The notes under the pieces were generated by a model that saw only the letters and a program-made list of their open reading frames with translations, was not told the DNA's origin and searched no databases. 64,000 nucleotides of DNA, taken from an uncultured bacterium. Its GTDB lineage: Bacteria; Krumholzibacteriota; Krumholzibacteriia; JACNKJ01. Position 1 is the first letter of the stretch. Each line of letters begins with the position of its first letter. Both the position numbers and the translations under genes were made by a program. Positions 19,786-33,428 of the stretch are shown here, piece by piece. Location of the stretch: the NCBI GenBank assembly GCA_963695095.1, contig CAVOFT010000001.1:2912001-2976000 (forward strand), read 5' to 3'.

Positions 19786-20806
19786 ATGTCACTGCGGGTC
19801 GGAATCATGGGCTTCGGCCGCATCGGCCGCAATCTCTTCCGACAGGCCGCCCAGCGGGACGATCTCGACATCGTCGCCATCAGCGACCTCGGCGCGCCGG
19901 AAGCCATGGCCTATCTTTTCGAATTCGACACGATCTACGGGCACTTCGACGGCAAGGTCCGCCTGGACGGCAAGTACCTCTGCGCCGGCCGCCAGCGCGC
20001 CCGCCTGCTCAAGGGCGTCGCGCCGGAGGACATGCCCTGGGACGCCTACAACGTGGACGTCGTCGTCGACTCCACCGGCGCCTACCGCGAGCGCGCGCCA
20101 GCTCGAAGGTCACCTGCGCTCGGGCGCCCGCCGCGTCGTGCTGAGCACGCCGGCCCTGGACGCCATCGACCGCACCATCGTGCACGGCGTCAACGACAAT
20201 ACCCTGCGCCCCGAGGACCGCATCGTCTCCTGCGCGAGCACGACCACGCACGCCCTGGCCCTCATGCTCAAGGTGCTCGACGAAGCCGTGGGCGTTCAGC
20301 GGGCGCTGATGACCAGTGTCCACGCCTACTCCAGCGATCAGAAGCTCTCGGATACGATCACGCCCAACCTGCGCCGCAGCCGCAGCGCGGCCCAGAATCT
20401 GATCCCCAACTGGACCTGGTCGCCAGGCGTCGTCGAGACGATGATGCCCCACCTCAAGGGCAAGATCGACGGCATGGCGGTGAACGTGCCCGTGCCCAAC
20501 GGCTCCAACCTCGATCTCAGCATGCAGCTCGGCCAGAGCCTGGACAAGGAGGCCGTCAACGCCATCGTGCACAAGGCGTCCGCCGGGCCCGCTCGGCCGC
20601 TATCTCGAGTACAGCGACGAGCCGATCGTCTCCAGCGACGTGATCGGCAACGCGCACTCGGCGGTCTTCGACTCGCTGGCGACGATCGCCCTGCCCAGCG
20701 GCCTCGTCAAGACGATCACCTGGTACGACAACGGCTGGGGCTACGCGGCGCGCATCCTGGACACGGTGATCACCCTGGGCGCCTTCGAGGCGGAGGAGGT
20801 GCAGCG

Positions 20807-20810
<4 letters not shown>
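19786..20810 (+). CDS. GAPDH-like protein lacking the catalytic Cys (two frameshifts)
   Basis: VGIMGFGRIGR, VHAYSSDQ, WYDNGWGY are present, but the active site reads SCASTTTHALA instead of [11 protein letters not shown]. Stop overlaps the next ATG (ATGA). Confidence 0.8.
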
Positions 20811-21809
<999 letters not shown>

Positions 21810-21856
21810 CCCCGCCGACGCCGGCGGGCGGCCGACCACAGCGGTGGAGGCTATCG

Positions 21857-23686
21857 ATGCGCCTGCCTTCGGTGGATTTCGTACTCAGTGCCGCTGCCGC
21901 CACGGCGCGGCGCTTCCCGCTGGTGCTGGCCGCCGCGCTCGCGAGCGCGGCGGCCGCCGTCTTCCTCATCGGCGCCCGGGACGGCGAGATCCGGCTCATC
22001 CGACTGCTGATGGCCGCCCAGCTCGGCATCCCGCTCCTGCTTGCCCTCGCGCTCACGGCCGAGCGCTGGACGCTGCGCTGGCGGCGCTGGCTGCTGCCGG
22101 CCCTGGGCCTGGCGGCCCTCGTCGCCTACGGCCTCACGCTGCCGGCGCGACTCGAAGGCACGCAGCTGATCCGCTTCGCGCTGTTCAACATTGCGGCGCA
22201 CCTGGCCGTCTGCTTCCTGCCGCTCTGGCGCCTCGCCGGCGAGTACGCCTTCTGGCAGTTCAACAAGGCGCTCTTCCTGCGTCTGCTCGCGGGGCTGATC
22301 TTCTCCCTCGTGCTGATGATCGGCCTCAGCGTGGCCCTGCTCGCCCTGGACAAGCTCTTCGGCCTGAAGGTGGACGGGGACGTCTATCCGCGGCTCTACG
22401 TGATCACGCTGTTTCTCTTCAACACCTGGTATTTCCTGGCCGGCGTGCCCGAGCGCCCCGCCGCGCTCGAGTCCCTGCGCGATCATCCAACCGTGCTGCG
22501 CATCTTCGCGCAGTACATCCTGGCGCCGCTGGTGGCGGTCTACCTCGCCCTGCTCACGGCCTACCTGGTCAAGGTGCTCGCCACCGCCCAGTGGCCGAGC
22601 GGCTGGATCGGCTGGCTGGTCTCGAGCGTCGGCGCGGCGGGCCTGGCCTCGCTGGCCCTGCTGCACCCGCTCAGCCTGGAAGGCCGGCAGCGCTGGGTGG
22701 CCGTCTATGCGCGCGCCTACTTCATCCTGCTCCTGCCGGCCGTCGCCATGCTGCTGATGTCCGTGGCCAAGCGCATCGGCCAGTACGGCGTCACCGAGCC
22801 GCGCTACTTCCTCACCCTGCTCGGCCTGTGGCTGGGCGCCATCGCCCTGCTCGGCGCGCTCGGCCGCCTGAAGAGCCTGCGCCCCCTGCCACTCTCGCTT
22901 TGCCTGCTGGCCCTGGCCGCCAGCGCCGGGCCCTGGGGCGCCTTCAGCGTCAGCCGCCACAGCCAGCTCGACCGCCTGGAGACCCTGCTCAGCGCGGGCG
23001 GCATGCTCGCCGACGGCCATTTCGTCGCGGCCCAGGCGCCGGTGGACGAGGAGACGCGCCGCGAGCTGAGCGCCGTTCTCCACTACCTCTTCGATCGCCA
23101 TGGCCCGCGCGCGCTGGCTCCCTATCTCGACGCCAAGCTCGAGGCCGAGCTGGCTGCCGAACTCAATCCGCGCAATCCCAACCGCCAGGACAGCGCTGCA
23201 CTCGGTCGGCTGGTCATGCGCCGACTGGATCTCGATTACGTGGAGAACTGGCAACGCGAGGGCGACGGCTTCCACTTCTACCAGCGCGGGCCCGGCGGGG
23301 AGGCGCTGCGGCTGGCGGGCTACGAATTCGTCGTCGGCGTCACGCTGGGGCCACACGCGGAGGGCGGCGGCTTCCGGGTCGGAGAGGCCGCCTGGACCCT
23401 GGTCGAGGACGGCCAGCGGCTGCGGCTGCTCCGGGAGGAGGCGGAGCTGCTGGCCTTCGATCTGGCGGCGCTCCAGGCGGCGCTGCGCCAGCAGCCGCGC
23501 GGCGAGGACCTGCCGGCGGCGGCCTTGACCCTGCCCGCCCTTGGCAGCGGCTGGCGGGCGCTGCTCCTGGTGAATCAAATCGGCTGGCAAGAAGGTAAGA
23601 CAGACCTCAGCCAGTTCGATGCCGAGCTCTTCCTCGCCCCGCCCGGGGCGACGGAGGCGGCGACCCCAGCCAATCCGGAGCACTGA
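21857..23686 (+). CDS. DUF4153-like polytopic membrane protein
   Basis: RRFPLVLA, FWQFNKALF, YILAPLVAVYL, KRIGQYGVTEPRY, GPWGAFSVSRHSQLDRL. Confidence 0.7.
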   Translation: MRLPSVDFVLSAAAATARRFPLVLAAALASAAAAVFLIGARDGEIRLIRLLMAAQLGIPLLLALALTAERWTLRWRRWLLPALGLAALVAYGLTLPARLEGTQLIRFALFNIAAHLAVCFLPLWRLAGEYAFWQFNKALFLRLLAGLIFSLVLMIGLSVALLALDKLFGLKVDGDVYPRLYVITLFLFNTWYFLAGVPERPAALESLRDHPTVLRIFAQYILAPLVAVYLALLTAYLVKVLATAQWPSGWIGWLVSSVGAAGLASLALLHPLSLEGRQRWVAVYARAYFILLLPAVAMLLMSVAKRIGQYGVTEPRYFLTLLGLWLGAIALLGALGRLKSLRPLPLSLCLLALAASAGPWGAFSVSRHSQLDRLETLLSAGGMLADGHFVAAQAPVDEETRRELSAVLHYLFDRHGPRALAPYLDAKLEAELAAELNPRNPNRQDSAALGRLVMRRLDLDYVENWQREGDGFHFYQRGPGGEALRLAGYEFVVGVTLGPHAEGGGFRVGEAAWTLVEDGQRLRLLREEAELLAFDLAALQAALRQQPRGEDLPAAALTLPALGSGWRALLLVNQIGWQEGKTDLSQFDAELFLAPPGATEAATPANPEH

Positions 23687-23688
23687 CC

Positions 23689-23922
23689 ATGGCCATGCGC
23701 TTCGCCCCCTGTCCGAACTGCAACAGCAATCAGCTCTTCCAGAGCGAACCCGTCAGCGCGGGCGGCGGCCATGCCCCCAACTACCTGCCCGGCCTCGGCG
23801 GTTTTCTCACGACTGAGAAATTCCTGCTCGTGCTCTGCCGGGATTGCGGCCTGACGCGCTTCTTCGCCCGCGCCGAGGCCCTGGCGAAGCTGGGCGAGTC
23901 AGGAAAGTGGCGGCGCGTTTAG
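23689..23922 (+). CDS. Small zinc-ribbon protein
   Basis: CPNC...CRDCGLTRFF; GGAG RBS. Confidence 0.65.
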   Translation: MAMRFAPCPNCNSNQLFQSEPVSAGGGHAPNYLPGLGGFLTTEKFLLVLCRDCGLTRFFARAEALAKLGESGKWRRV

Positions 23923-24020
23923 CCGCCTCGCCACTCGCGGAATTTATCTCTGCGCAGGCTTGCCAGCGGCCCCCGATCGGCTTAAGCTCAGGCGAGGATC
24001 GCAGGACCGGGGAGGTCGGT

Positions 24021-24422
24021 GTGTTTGCCTATCTCATCCATCCCGAGACGCAGCTCGTCGTCGCCCGCTTCGAGGGACGCATCGACGCGGCCGAGTTTCG
24101 GCAGTTCTTCGACTGCCTTGACGGCGATCCCGCCTACCTGCGCACGATGAACGGGCTCGTCGACATCCGCTGGGTGGAGGCCGCCCTTGGTATGGAGGAG
24201 ATCCAGGGGCTCGCCGACTATGCGGTGGCCAAGCAGCTCAAGCGCGGCCGCTGGGCGGTACTCGTCGACCTGCCCAAGCCCACCGCGCTGTCGATGCTCT
24301 ACACCAAGGCCGTGGACTCCCGCTACGACTTCCAGGTCTTCTCCACCGTGCCGGGCGTCTCGGAGTACCTGGGCATCGACGTCAGCGGCTACCTGCAGCC
24401 GACCACCACGCGCGAGGCCTGA
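24021..24422 (+). CDS. Hypothetical protein, STAS/SpoIIAA-like
   Basis: GGAGG then GTG 24021; LVVARFEGRID...GLVDIR...RWAVLV; high GC3. Confidence 0.55.
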   Translation: MFAYLIHPETQLVVARFEGRIDAAEFRQFFDCLDGDPAYLRTMNGLVDIRWVEAALGMEEIQGLADYAVAKQLKRGRWAVLVDLPKPTALSMLYTKAVDSRYDFQVFSTVPGVSEYLGIDVSGYLQPTTTREA

Positions 24423-24463
24423 TCAGGCGGGCGTGGGCGGCCGGACTCGAGGCCCAGGCCAGC

Positions 24464-26815
24464 CTAGATCCGCGCTCCGCGCAAGCGCAGGGCATTGGCG
24501 ATCACCGAGACAGAGCTGAGACTCATCGCGGCGGCGGCGATCATGGGGCTGAGCAGCAGGCCTAAGACCGGATAGAGAGCCCCGGCCGCAATCGGCACCC
24601 CGATCACGTTGTAGATGAACGCGAAGAACAGGTTCTGCTTGATATTCGCCATCGTCAAACGGCTGAGGCGATGCGCGCGCAGGATTCCGATCAGATCGCC
24701 CTTCACCAGAGTGACCGCCGCGCTCTCCATGGCCACGTCCGTTCCCGTGCCCATCGCGATGCCGACTTCGGCCTGGGCCAGAGCCGGGGCGTCGTTGATG
24801 CCGTCGCCCGCCATGGCAACGGTGTGGCCCGCCGCCTGGAGGCGCTTGACCACGTCGACCTTCTGACTCGGCAGCACCTCGGCGACGACTTCGTCGATGC
24901 CGAGCTGTCCCGCCACGGCACGGGCGGTGACGAGGCTGTCCCCGCTGACCATCATGATGCGGATCCCTTCATCGTGCAGCGCCTCAATGGCGGCCGGCGT
25001 ACTCTTCTTGATGGGGTCGGCCACGCCGAGGAGCCCGGCGGCTTTCTCGTCGACCGCAACGAGCATCACGGTCTGTCCCTCGGCGCGCAGGGCTTCCGCC
25101 CGCTCGCTCAGCGGCCCGAACTCCACCCCGAGGTCGCCCATGAGGGCGGCGTTACCCAGCGCGACGGAGCGCCCGTCGACCTTGCCGCTGACGCCCTTGC
25201 CGGTGAGGCTCGCGAAGTCGCTCGCCTCCACAAGAACAAGCTGCCGATCCTCCGCCGCTTGGACCAAGGCGGCGGCCAGGGGGTGCTCGCTGCCGCGTTC
25301 GAGACTGGCCGCCAGGCGCAGCAACTCCGGCTCGGGGAAAGGCGCCACGGGGTGGAGCGTGACAAGGCTCGGCTTGCCCTCGGTGAGCGTGCCCGTCTTG
25401 TCCACCACGAGGGTGTCCACCTTCCTCATGACCTCGATGGCCTCTGCGTTTCGGAAGAGGATGCCCATCGTTGCGCCCTTGCCCGTGGCCACCATGATCG
25501 ACATCGGGGTGGCGAGGCCGAGCGCGCAGGGGCAGGCGATGATCAGCACGGCGACGGCATTGACCAGCGCGTGGGCCATGCGCGGCTCGGGGCCCAGCAG
25601 GCCCCAGATGGCAAAGGTCGCCACGGCGACGGCGATCACGGCCGGCACGAAGTAGCCCGAGACGAGGTCGGCCAGCTTCTGGATGGGTGCTCGACTGCGT
25701 TGCGCCTCGGCCACCATGGCCACGATGCGCGAAAGAAGCGTATCGGCGCCGACCTTCTCCGCGCTCATGATGAGAGACCCGGTGCCATTGATGGTGGCGC
25801 CGACGACCTGATCGCGGGGCCGCTTCTGGACCGGAATCGGTTCTCCGGTGACCATCGACTCGTCGATCGAGCTGGCACCCTCGATGACGACGCCGTCCAC
25901 CGGGACCTTCTCCCCGGGGCGGACGCGAAGGCGATCCCCCACTCGGATGGCCTCGAGGGGGATGTCCTCCTCGCTGCCATCCCCGCGCAGGCGGCGCGCA
26001 CTCTTGGGGGCCAGGCCGAGGAGCTTCTGGATCGCGGCGCCGGCCCGGCTGCGAGCCCTGAGTTCGAGCACCTGACCGAGCAGGATGAGAGTTACGATGA
26101 CGGCAGCGGCCTCGAAGTAGACCCCGACACCGCCGGACGCGTCACGAAAGCTGGGCGGGAAGAGTCCGGGCCGCAGCGCCGCGATCAGGCTATAGAAGTA
26201 GGCTACGCTCACTCCGAGCCCGATGAGGGTGAACATGTTGAGGCTGCGGCGCTTCACGGATTGAAAGGCCCGGACGTAGAAGGGCCATGCGGCCCACAGG
26301 CAGACCGGAGAGGCGAGGAGTAGCTCCAGCAGGACCCGCGCGTTCCCGGGGAGCATAGGCTCGAGGGGACGACCGGGCCAGAGATCGCTCATCGCCACGA
26401 GCACGAGCGGGACTGATAGCGCCGCCGAAACCCAGAACCTGCGAGTCATGTCGTGCAATTCCGGATCCTCACCCGCCGGCTGGCCGGACCTCGGCTCGAG
26501 CGCCATGCCGCAGATGGGACAGCTCCCGGGCCCATCCCGCAGGATCTCCGGATGCATTGGGCAGGTATAGTCACCGGGCGCGCTGGTGGTTGCGAGATCC
26601 TGCCCGCTGGCTCCACCGCGAGTGTAGCGTTCCACATCCGCCAGGAACTTGGCCAGGCACCCCTGACTGCAGAAGCGGTACTCGATGCCGGCGTGGCGCG
26701 CATGATGGAGCGAATCGGCCTTCACCGCCATTCCGCAGACAGGGTCCTTCTCCGTCGCAGGATCATGGAGGGATGACGGCGGCATCTCCAGCCCGTGCTT
26801 CTTCTGACCCGCCAT
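24464..26815 (-). CDS. copA: Cu(I)-exporting P1B-type ATPase with YHS and YTCPMH domains
   Basis: DPVCGM...[50 protein letters not shown] and MSLSS motifs. Confidence 0.93.
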   Translation of the reverse strand: MAGQKKHGLEMPPSSLHDPATEKDPVCGMAVKADSLHHARHAGIEYRFCSQGCLAKFLADVERYTRGGASGQDLATTSAPGDYTCPMHPEILRDGPGSCPICGMALEPRSGQPAGEDPELHDMTRRFWVSAALSVPLVLVAMSDLWPGRPLEPMLPGNARVLLELLLASPVCLWAAWPFYVRAFQSVKRRSLNMFTLIGLGVSVAYFYSLIAALRPGLFPPSFRDASGGVGVYFEAAAVIVTLILLGQVLELRARSRAGAAIQKLLGLAPKSARRLRGDGSEEDIPLEAIRVGDRLRVRPGEKVPVDGVVIEGASSIDESMVTGEPIPVQKRPRDQVVGATINGTGSLIMSAEKVGADTLLSRIVAMVAEAQRSRAPIQKLADLVSGYFVPAVIAVAVATFAIWGLLGPEPRMAHALVNAVAVLIIACPCALGLATPMSIMVATGKGATMGILFRNAEAIEVMRKVDTLVVDKTGTLTEGKPSLVTLHPVAPFPEPELLRLAASLERGSEHPLAAALVQAAEDRQLVLVEASDFASLTGKGVSGKVDGRSVALGNAALMGDLGVEFGPLSERAEALRAEGQTVMLVAVDEKAAGLLGVADPIKKSTPAAIEALHDEGIRIMMVSGDSLVTARAVAGQLGIDEVVAEVLPSQKVDVVKRLQAAGHTVAMAGDGINDAPALAQAEVGIAMGTGTDVAMESAAVTLVKGDLIGILRAHRLSRLTMANIKQNLFFAFIYNVIGVPIAAGALYPVLGLLLSPMIAAAAMSLSSVSVIANALRLRGARI

Positions 26816-26887
26816 GACATTGCCCCCTTTCTTGGGTGTAAGCGATTCCACAGCCCCGTGCAGTAGGCAACGGAGCTGCAGGGCGAC

Positions 26888-27604
26888 TCATTCAGCCTTG
26901 CTCTTGCCCTTCAAGCTGAGGAGGAAGGCGACGACGCCGTCCGCCTCCTCGTCCCACAAATCGAGATCCTTCATGGCAGTACCCGGTACGACGTACTGTG
27001 GGTCGAGGAGCAGCGACCTCATGTATCCGGCTTGTCTCCGCTCGCCGACCTCATCGAGCGCCGGTCCGACCCGTTTCCCCTCTCCGCCCAGCTCATGGCA
27101 GCCCAGGCACTGGTACAGCTGGAAGAGGGCCGCTCCCTCTGCCGCCAGCGACTCCGCCGCCGAGGGCGCCGGCGGCGGCCACCAGGCCGGCGCGAGCGCC
27201 TCGTCGATCTGGCCGGCCAGATAGGCGCTCAGGTCGACGGCCTCGCTGCGCGACACCGCGGCGCGGGGCATGCGCAGATCGGGGAGCAGATCCTCGTCCC
27301 GATAGCGCAGCGGATGCGGATCGAGCAGGTAGTCGGCCATCCAAGCCGGATTGGCGCGACTCCCGGCCACCGAGAGCGGGGGAGGCACATTGATGCCTCG
27401 CCCCGTCCTCGGCTCCGAGTGGCAGCGGATGCAATCGAGCCGCTCGAACAGACGCTCGCCCTTGATCGGATCGCCTGGGACCCCGGGGTTCGCCGTCGCC
27501 GGCTGCATCCGGTCGGTCGTGGCGCCCCAGGGCCCGGCCAGCGCGACCGCGGCGATGGCGAGGAGCGGGACATCCAGCTTGAGGCGGCGGCGGAGGCGGA
27601 TCAT
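26888..27604 (-). CDS. Di-haem cytochrome c
   Basis: CIRCH and CLGCH, with distal Met (LRMP, TAMK); N-terminal hydrophobic segment. Confidence 0.8.
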   Translation of the reverse strand: MIRLRRRLKLDVPLLAIAAVALAGPWGATTDRMQPATANPGVPGDPIKGERLFERLDCIRCHSEPRTGRGINVPPPLSVAGSRANPAWMADYLLDPHPLRYRDEDLLPDLRMPRAAVSRSEAVDLSAYLAGQIDEALAPAWWPPPAPSAAESLAAEGAALFQLYQCLGCHELGGEGKRVGPALDEVGERRQAGYMRSLLLDPQYVVPGTAMKDLDLWDEEADGVVAFLLSLKGKSKAE

Positions 27605-27606
27605 CG

Positions 27607-28266
27607 CTAGTGCTGGTGCGGCGACTCGCCCGCCTCGTGCCCGTGCCCGCCAGCCATGTGGCCGCTCATCTTCTCCAGCTTCATGCCGCACTTGCTGCAG
27701 CGCCCGGGATCCTCTCCCGTCACGTCCGCATGCATGGGGCACGCGTAGATCGCCTCTTCCCCGAGGGACAGCGCCGACTTGAACTCCACCGGCTTCTCGG
27801 CCAGACCCTCGATCGTGAAGACGGCCTTCACGGCATTCTTGGCGACGCCGCTGAAGTCATGCGCGGCGCTGAAAAAGCCCTGGCTGCGGCCGTGGGCGGG
27901 ATCCGGCTTCACGTAGGTCATGGCGACCGTCATGGGCTTGCCGGCCTTCTCCTGGAGCATCATCGAGGCCTTCATGTGCTCGAGGTTCACGAGAGGGGCT
28001 TGATGGTCGTCGTAGACGTACAGCCGCGCCTCCTTTGGCGTGCACAGCAGCTCGAAGTGGTGCGTGGGAGTCATTGTGACCGAGCCGCCGTGGAGCTGCG
28101 CCATTTCGTGGGAGTGACCCATGGCGGCTTCCTTCGCCGGCTCCTGCCCGGCATGCGGGTGCTCGTCCATGTGCTGCGCGCTGGCGGGCCCAATCGGCCA
28201 GGCGGCGCCTGCCGCGATGACCAGGGTACCCAGCATCGCCCTGCCTAGGATCGTGCTTGGTTTCAT
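27607..28266 (-). CDS. Periplasmic His/Met-rich heavy-metal-binding protein
   Basis: Signal peptide, HMDEHPH/MGHSHEM, HGGSV...HFEL, YACPMH...CSKCGMKL. Confidence 0.75.
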   Translation of the reverse strand: MKPSTILGRAMLGTLVIAAGAAWPIGPASAQHMDEHPHAGQEPAKEAAMGHSHEMAQLHGGSVTMTPTHHFELLCTPKEARLYVYDDHQAPLVNLEHMKASMMLQEKAGKPMTVAMTYVKPDPAHGRSQGFFSAAHDFSGVAKNAVKAVFTIEGLAEKPVEFKSALSLGEEAIYACPMHADVTGEDPGRCSKCGMKLEKMSGHMAGGHGHEAGESPHQH

Positions 28267-28303
28267 AGCTAGCTTCTCCTTCTGATTGACGAGTACGCTG
28301 TGA

Positions 28304-28762
28304 CTAGAATGTCCAGATCTTTCCCCATCCGAACACGACCCAGCCGCCATAGTGGCCAGTCAGACCCACGAGCCCGGCGGCGACATAGTAAAGACCCCGG
28401 TAGACGAGGAGCCGGGCCCGCGTCGGCGCCGGACCCTTGGCCAGGTTTCCGGCCGCCAGCGCGGCCAGCGCAGCCGCCCCGGTGGCAAGCCCGAGCACCC
28501 GATGGATGTGGACCGCTGCCAGGGTTCGTCCCCGAAAGTCCTCCGGGTGGAAGAGCAGGAGACCCGAGAGCAGCGCGGCGAGGGCGGCGCCCGCGCCCAG
28601 GACGAGCAGGGTCAGTGCGAGCTCGGAGCCGACCTTGGCGCCCTGAATGCTCTGCCGCGCTTCGAGGGCGGCCCCGGTCAGTAGAAGCGCGATCGGGAAA
28701 TGCACCAGGGCCGGATGGAAGTGGCCGAGCGCATTCCGGAGGCTGCTCAGGAACTCAGTCAT
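28304..28762 (-). CDS. DUF2231-family membrane protein
   Basis: HPALVHFPIALL, VHIHR, TGHYGGWVV. Confidence 0.75.
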   Translation of the reverse strand: MTEFLSSLRNALGHFHPALVHFPIALLLTGAALEARQSIQGAKVGSELALTLLVLGAGAALAALLSGLLLFHPEDFRGRTLAAVHIHRVLGLATGAAALAALAAGNLAKGPAPTRARLLVYRGLYYVAAGLVGLTGHYGGWVVFGWGKIWTF

Positions 28763-28796
28763 GACCGCTCCCCGTCCCGGCGCCGGTCCGCGCGCG

Positions 28797-31700
28797 TCAT
28801 TCCGGCAGCCCCCGCAGTTCCGTCCGTCGCTTCCAGAGCTTGTAGATGGCGGGATAGACGAGCAGCTCCAGCAGGAAGGACGTGACCAGGCCACCGAGCA
28901 TGGGCGCGGCGATGCGCTTCATCACGTCCGCGCCCGCCGACGTGGACCACATGATCGGCAACAGCCCCACGAACGCCGCCGCCACCGTCATCATCTTGGG
29001 TCGCGCTCGCTTGACCGCGCCGTGGATGATGGCCTCATCGAGGTCGCGCACGGTCTTCAGGAGGCCGCCGTCCCGGTAGCGATGGTAGGAGAGATCCAGG
29101 AAGAGCATCATGAACACCCCGGTCTCGGCATCGAGCCCCAGAAGCGCAATCATCCCCACCCACGCTGCGATGGAGACGTTGTAGCCGAGGATGTGAAAGA
29201 GCCAGATCGCCCCGATCGCCGAGAACGGCACGGCCAGCAGCACCACGAGCGACTTGAAGATGGAACGCGTGTTCGCATACAGGAGCAGGAAGATGAGGAA
29301 CAGCACGGCCGGCACCACCAACCGCAGCCGCTCCTTGACCCGGATCATGTTCTCGTACTGCCCGCTCCACTGGATCACGTAGCCCGGCGGCAGATTCAAC
29401 TGCTCGCGCACGACCTGCTTGGCCTCGTCGACGTAACGCCCCGACGTCGCGGCCGGCGATGTCGACGTAGACGTAGCCGGCCAGGAAGCCGTTCTCATCG
29501 CGAATCATGGCCGGCCCGTTCACGAGACTCAGGTCGGCCACCTGCCCCAGCGGGACCTGCGCGCCGGTGGGGGTTGCGATGAGCACGCGCCGCAGGCGGT
29601 CGATGTCGTCCCGCAGCTCGCGGGGGTAGCGCACGTTGATCGAGTACCGCTCGCGCCCCTCGATCGAGGTCGACACGTTCTCCCCGCCAATCGCACTCAT
29701 GACCACCATCTGCACGTCGTCGATCCTGAGCCCGTAACGAGCAAGCTGATCGCGGCGCGGCTCGATATCGACGAAGTAGCCCCCGGTCACGCGCTCGGCG
29801 AACACGCTGCGCGTGCCGGGGATATCGCGGACCATGCCCTCGATGCGGGCGCCCAATTCCTCGATCACCTTGAGATCCGAGCCGAAGATCTTGATGCCGA
29901 CTGGCGTGCGCACACCGGTGGTGAGCATGTCGATGCGGGCCTTGATCGGCATCGTCCAGGCGTTGGTGACGCCCGGGATCTGCAACGCCTGATCCATCTC
30001 GGTTACCAGCTCGTCCCATGAGATGTGATCCGACCAGATCGGCCGGACCAGGGGTTTGAGCCAGTCGGGCAGCCAGGACGAGTACCAGCGCTTCTTCGAA
30101 CGCCACTCGTCGGTCGGCTTCAGGACGACCGTGGTCTCCATCATGGAGAGCGGCGCGGGGTCGGTGGAGGTGTCGGCACGCCCTGCCTTGCCGAATACCC
30201 GCTCCACTTCGGGGAAGGACTTGAGCACCCGATCCTGCGTCTCCATGAGATCCTGGGCCTGCGCCACCGAGATGCCGGGCAGCGTGGTCGGCATGTAGAG
30301 AATCGTGCCCTCGTTGAGCGGCGGCATGAACTCCGACCCCAGCCTGAAGTAGGCGGGAATGCTCACTGCCACCAGCAGGAACGCCGCGGCGATCACCGTG
30401 CGCGGGCGGCGCAGCACGAAGCGGCAGGCCGGCTCGTAGACCCGAAAGATCGTGCGGCTGATCGGATGGCGTTCTTCGGCATGGTAGGTGCCGACGAGCG
30501 CCCCGGAGGCCAGCTTGGCCAGGAATCTCGGCTTGAACCGATAGGGATCCATGCGCGTGAACATCATCCGCAGGGCCGGATCCAGCGTGATGGCCAGACA
30601 CCGCGGCCAGCGCCATGGTGAGGTTCTTGGACCAGGCCAGCGGCTTGAACAGCCGGCCTTCCTGATCCACCAGCACGAAGATCGGGATGAACGCGACCGC
30701 AATGACCAGAAGCGAGAAGAAGACAGAGGGGCCGATCTCCTGCAGCGCCTCGAGACGCACCTTGTGATAGTCCCCTTTGCGCCCGCCCGCTTGCCACTCG
30801 TGGAGCTTGTTGTAGGCGTTCTCCACCTCCACGATCGCGCCGTCCACGAGCACGCCGATCGAGATGGCGATGCCGGCGAGCGACATGATGTTGACGGTGA
30901 TGCCGAAGTAGTAGAGCGGGATGAAGGTCAAGAGCACCGAGATCGGGATGGTGAGGATGGGCACGACGGCCGAGGGGATGTGCCAGAGGAAGAGCAGGAT
31001 CACCAGGGACACGATGATCATCTCGATCAGCAGTTCGTGCTTCAGCGTGTGGATGGCATGCTCGATCAGGTCGGCGCGGTCGTAGGTGGTGACCATCTTC
31101 ACTCCCGCCGGCAGCGAGGGCTCGACGTCATGCAGCTTCTGCCTGCACCCGCTCGATCACGTTGAGCGCGTTCTCGCCGTGGCGCATGACCACGATGCCG
31201 CCCACGTGGTCGCCGAGGCCGTCCAGGTCCGACACCCCGCGCCGGATCTCGGGCCCCAGCTCCACGCGGGCCACGTCCCTGATGAGGACGGGCACGCCGT
31301 CGGCGTCCGTCTTGAGGACGATCTGTTCCAGGTCGCCGATCGAGCGCGAGTAGCCGCGCGCCGCGCACCATGTACTCGGTCCCGCCCCATTCGATCAGGC
31401 GGCCGCCCACCTCGTTGTTGGAGGCGCGGATCGCCTCGATCACATCGCCGAGTGGCGATCCCGTAGGCCGCGAGCCGGTTGGGATCCACGGTGACCTGGT
31501 ACTGCTTCTGGAAGCCGCCGATCGAGGCGACCTCGGCCACTCCCGGCACCGACTGCAGCGCGTAGCGCAGCGTCCAGTCCTGGAAGGAGCGCAGCTCGTC
31601 CAGCGAGTGCGTGCCGGCGCTGTCCACCAGCGCGTACTGGAAGACCCAGCCCACGCCGGTGGCATCGGGACCCAGCTCCGTCGCTACCCCCTCGGGCAGC

Positions 31701-32058
31701 CGGGACTGGATCTTGGAGAGGTACTCGAGCACCCGCGAGCGCGCCCAGTAGATGTCGGTGCCGTCCTCGAAGATCACGTACACGTAGGAGAAGCCGAAGT
31801 CGGAGAAGCCGCGAATCGCCTTGACCTTCGGCGCGCCGAGCAGCGCGGTGATGATCGGGTAGGTGACCTGGTCTTCGATGATGTCGGGCGAGCGGTCCCA
31901 GCGCGAGTAGACGATGACCTGCGTGTCGGACAGGTCCGGCAGCGCATCCAGGCGGATCCGCTGCAGCGTGCACGCCGGCGAACACGCAGAGAGCCGCGAA
32001 TCACGAAGAGGACGAGCAGGCGGTTGGTGGCGGAGAACGCGATGATGCGCCGGATCAT
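28797..32058 (-). CDS. cusA: CusA/CzcA heavy-metal RND efflux permease (several frameshifts)
   Basis: [78 protein letters not shown]. Confidence 0.9.
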
Positions 32059-33428
32059 GGCTGGCTCCCGTCGCCCATCTCCATGCCCGGCATGGAGCTC
32101 GTCGTCGCGCCGCCGGCGGCGTTGATGGCGCTGCGCAGCCGCGACTCGGAGTCGAGCAGGAAGTTGGCGCGCACCACCACCTGCTCACCGGCGGCGACGC
32201 CGGCGCGCACCTGGACCTGCCCATCGGTGCGCACGCCGAGCGTCGACCTCACGCGGCTCGAAGACGCCGGCGCTGGTCGCCACGAAGACGACCTGCCGCG
32301 AGACCCGAGTCGAGCACGGCATCGTCCGGGATGAGCACGCCCTCGGCGGACTCGAGGCCCAGCTCGACGTTGGCGTACATGCCGGGTTTCAGGGCGAAGT
32401 CGGCATTGGCCATCTCCACGCGCACCCGGATCGTGCGGGTGGCGGCATCGAGAGTCGGGTAGATGTAGCTCACGCCTGCCCGTGTTCCTGAACGCGGGGT
32501 CGTAGGGCAGGATGACGTCCACGGCCTGCCCCAGGCGCACGAGCGGCGCTTCTTGCTCGTAGATCTCGGCGTCGATCCAGACCCTGGCCAGGTCGGAGAT
32601 CGTGAACAGCGTCATGCCCGGCTCGACGCGGCTGCCCGCGAACACTCCCTTGGTGGTCACGAAGCCACTCGCGGGAGCATCGAGGGTGACAATGCGCTGC
32701 GCCTCGCCGCCTGCGTCCAAGCGATCCAGGAGCGTCGGCGGGACGGCGAAGGACAGCAGCCGCTCGCGGGCGGAGGCCAGGAGATCATCGGCCCCTTGCC
32801 GCACCTCGGGCAGGCTCGACTCCGTGAATCGAGCGGCGGCCCTCCGCGCGCGCAGGTACTCCTCCTGGCTTGCCACCAGCTCCGGCGAGTAGAGGCCGAG
32901 GAGCGGATCGCCCTTGCGCACGAGCTGACCGGTGAAGTCCACGAAGAGGCTCTCGACCCAGCCGGAGACGCGCGTATGGACTTCGTGGGTGCGGGTCTCG
33001 TCAGCGACCACGAGGCCCACCGCCCGCACGCTCCGCGAGAGGCGACCCTGGATGGCGACTGTCGTGCGCACGCCGGCGAGGGCCACCTCTTCGGCACTGA
33101 CGCGCACCGTGCTGTAGCCGGGAACGGCCGCTGCCTGCGCGCCCCCCGGTCCTGCCGCGCCATGCCCACCAGAATGGGCCATCGCCGCGGCGTCTTCACC
33201 GTGCGCCATGGTCGCGCCCGATGAGTCCGGTTCGGCCTTGGGGATCGGCACGAGATCCATGCCGCAGATCGGGCAGTCGCCGGGGCGATCCGCCACGTAG
33301 GTGGGATGCATCGGGCAGTGATACTGCTGCGTGGAGTCCTGATCGCCATTGCCGCAAGAGACCAGCCAAAGCAAGGACAGGGTCAGGACCAGAACAGCGA
33401 TCCACCGAGAGTAGTGGCTGCGGCTCAT
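32055..33428 (-). CDS. cusB: CusB-like RND periplasmic adaptor (frameshifted near 32250-32480)
   Basis: Lipobox-like LVSC, YHCPMHP...[49 protein letters not shown]. Confidence 0.85.
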   Translation of the reverse strand: MSRSHYSRWIAVLVLTLSLLWLVSCGNGDQDSTQQYHCPMHPTYVADRPGDCPICGMDLVPIPKAEPDSSGATMAHGEDAAAMAHSGGHGAAGPGGAQAAAVPGYSTVRVSAEEVALAGVRTTVAIQGRLSRSVRAVGLVVADETRTHEVHTRVSGWVESLFVDFTGQLVRKGDPLLGLYSPELVASQEEYLRARRAAARFTESSLPEVRQGADDLLASARERLLSFAVPPTLLDRLDAGGEAQRIVTLDAPASGFVTTKGVFAGSRVEPGMTLFTISDLARVWIDAEIYEQEAPLVRLGQAVDVILPYDPAFRNTGRRELHLPDSRCRHPHDPGARGDGQCRLRPETRHVRQRRAGPRVRRGRAHPGRCRARLGSRGRSSSWRPAPASSSRVRSTLGVRTDGQVQVRAGVAAGEQVVVRANFLLDSESRLRSAINAAGGATTSSMPGMEMGDGSQP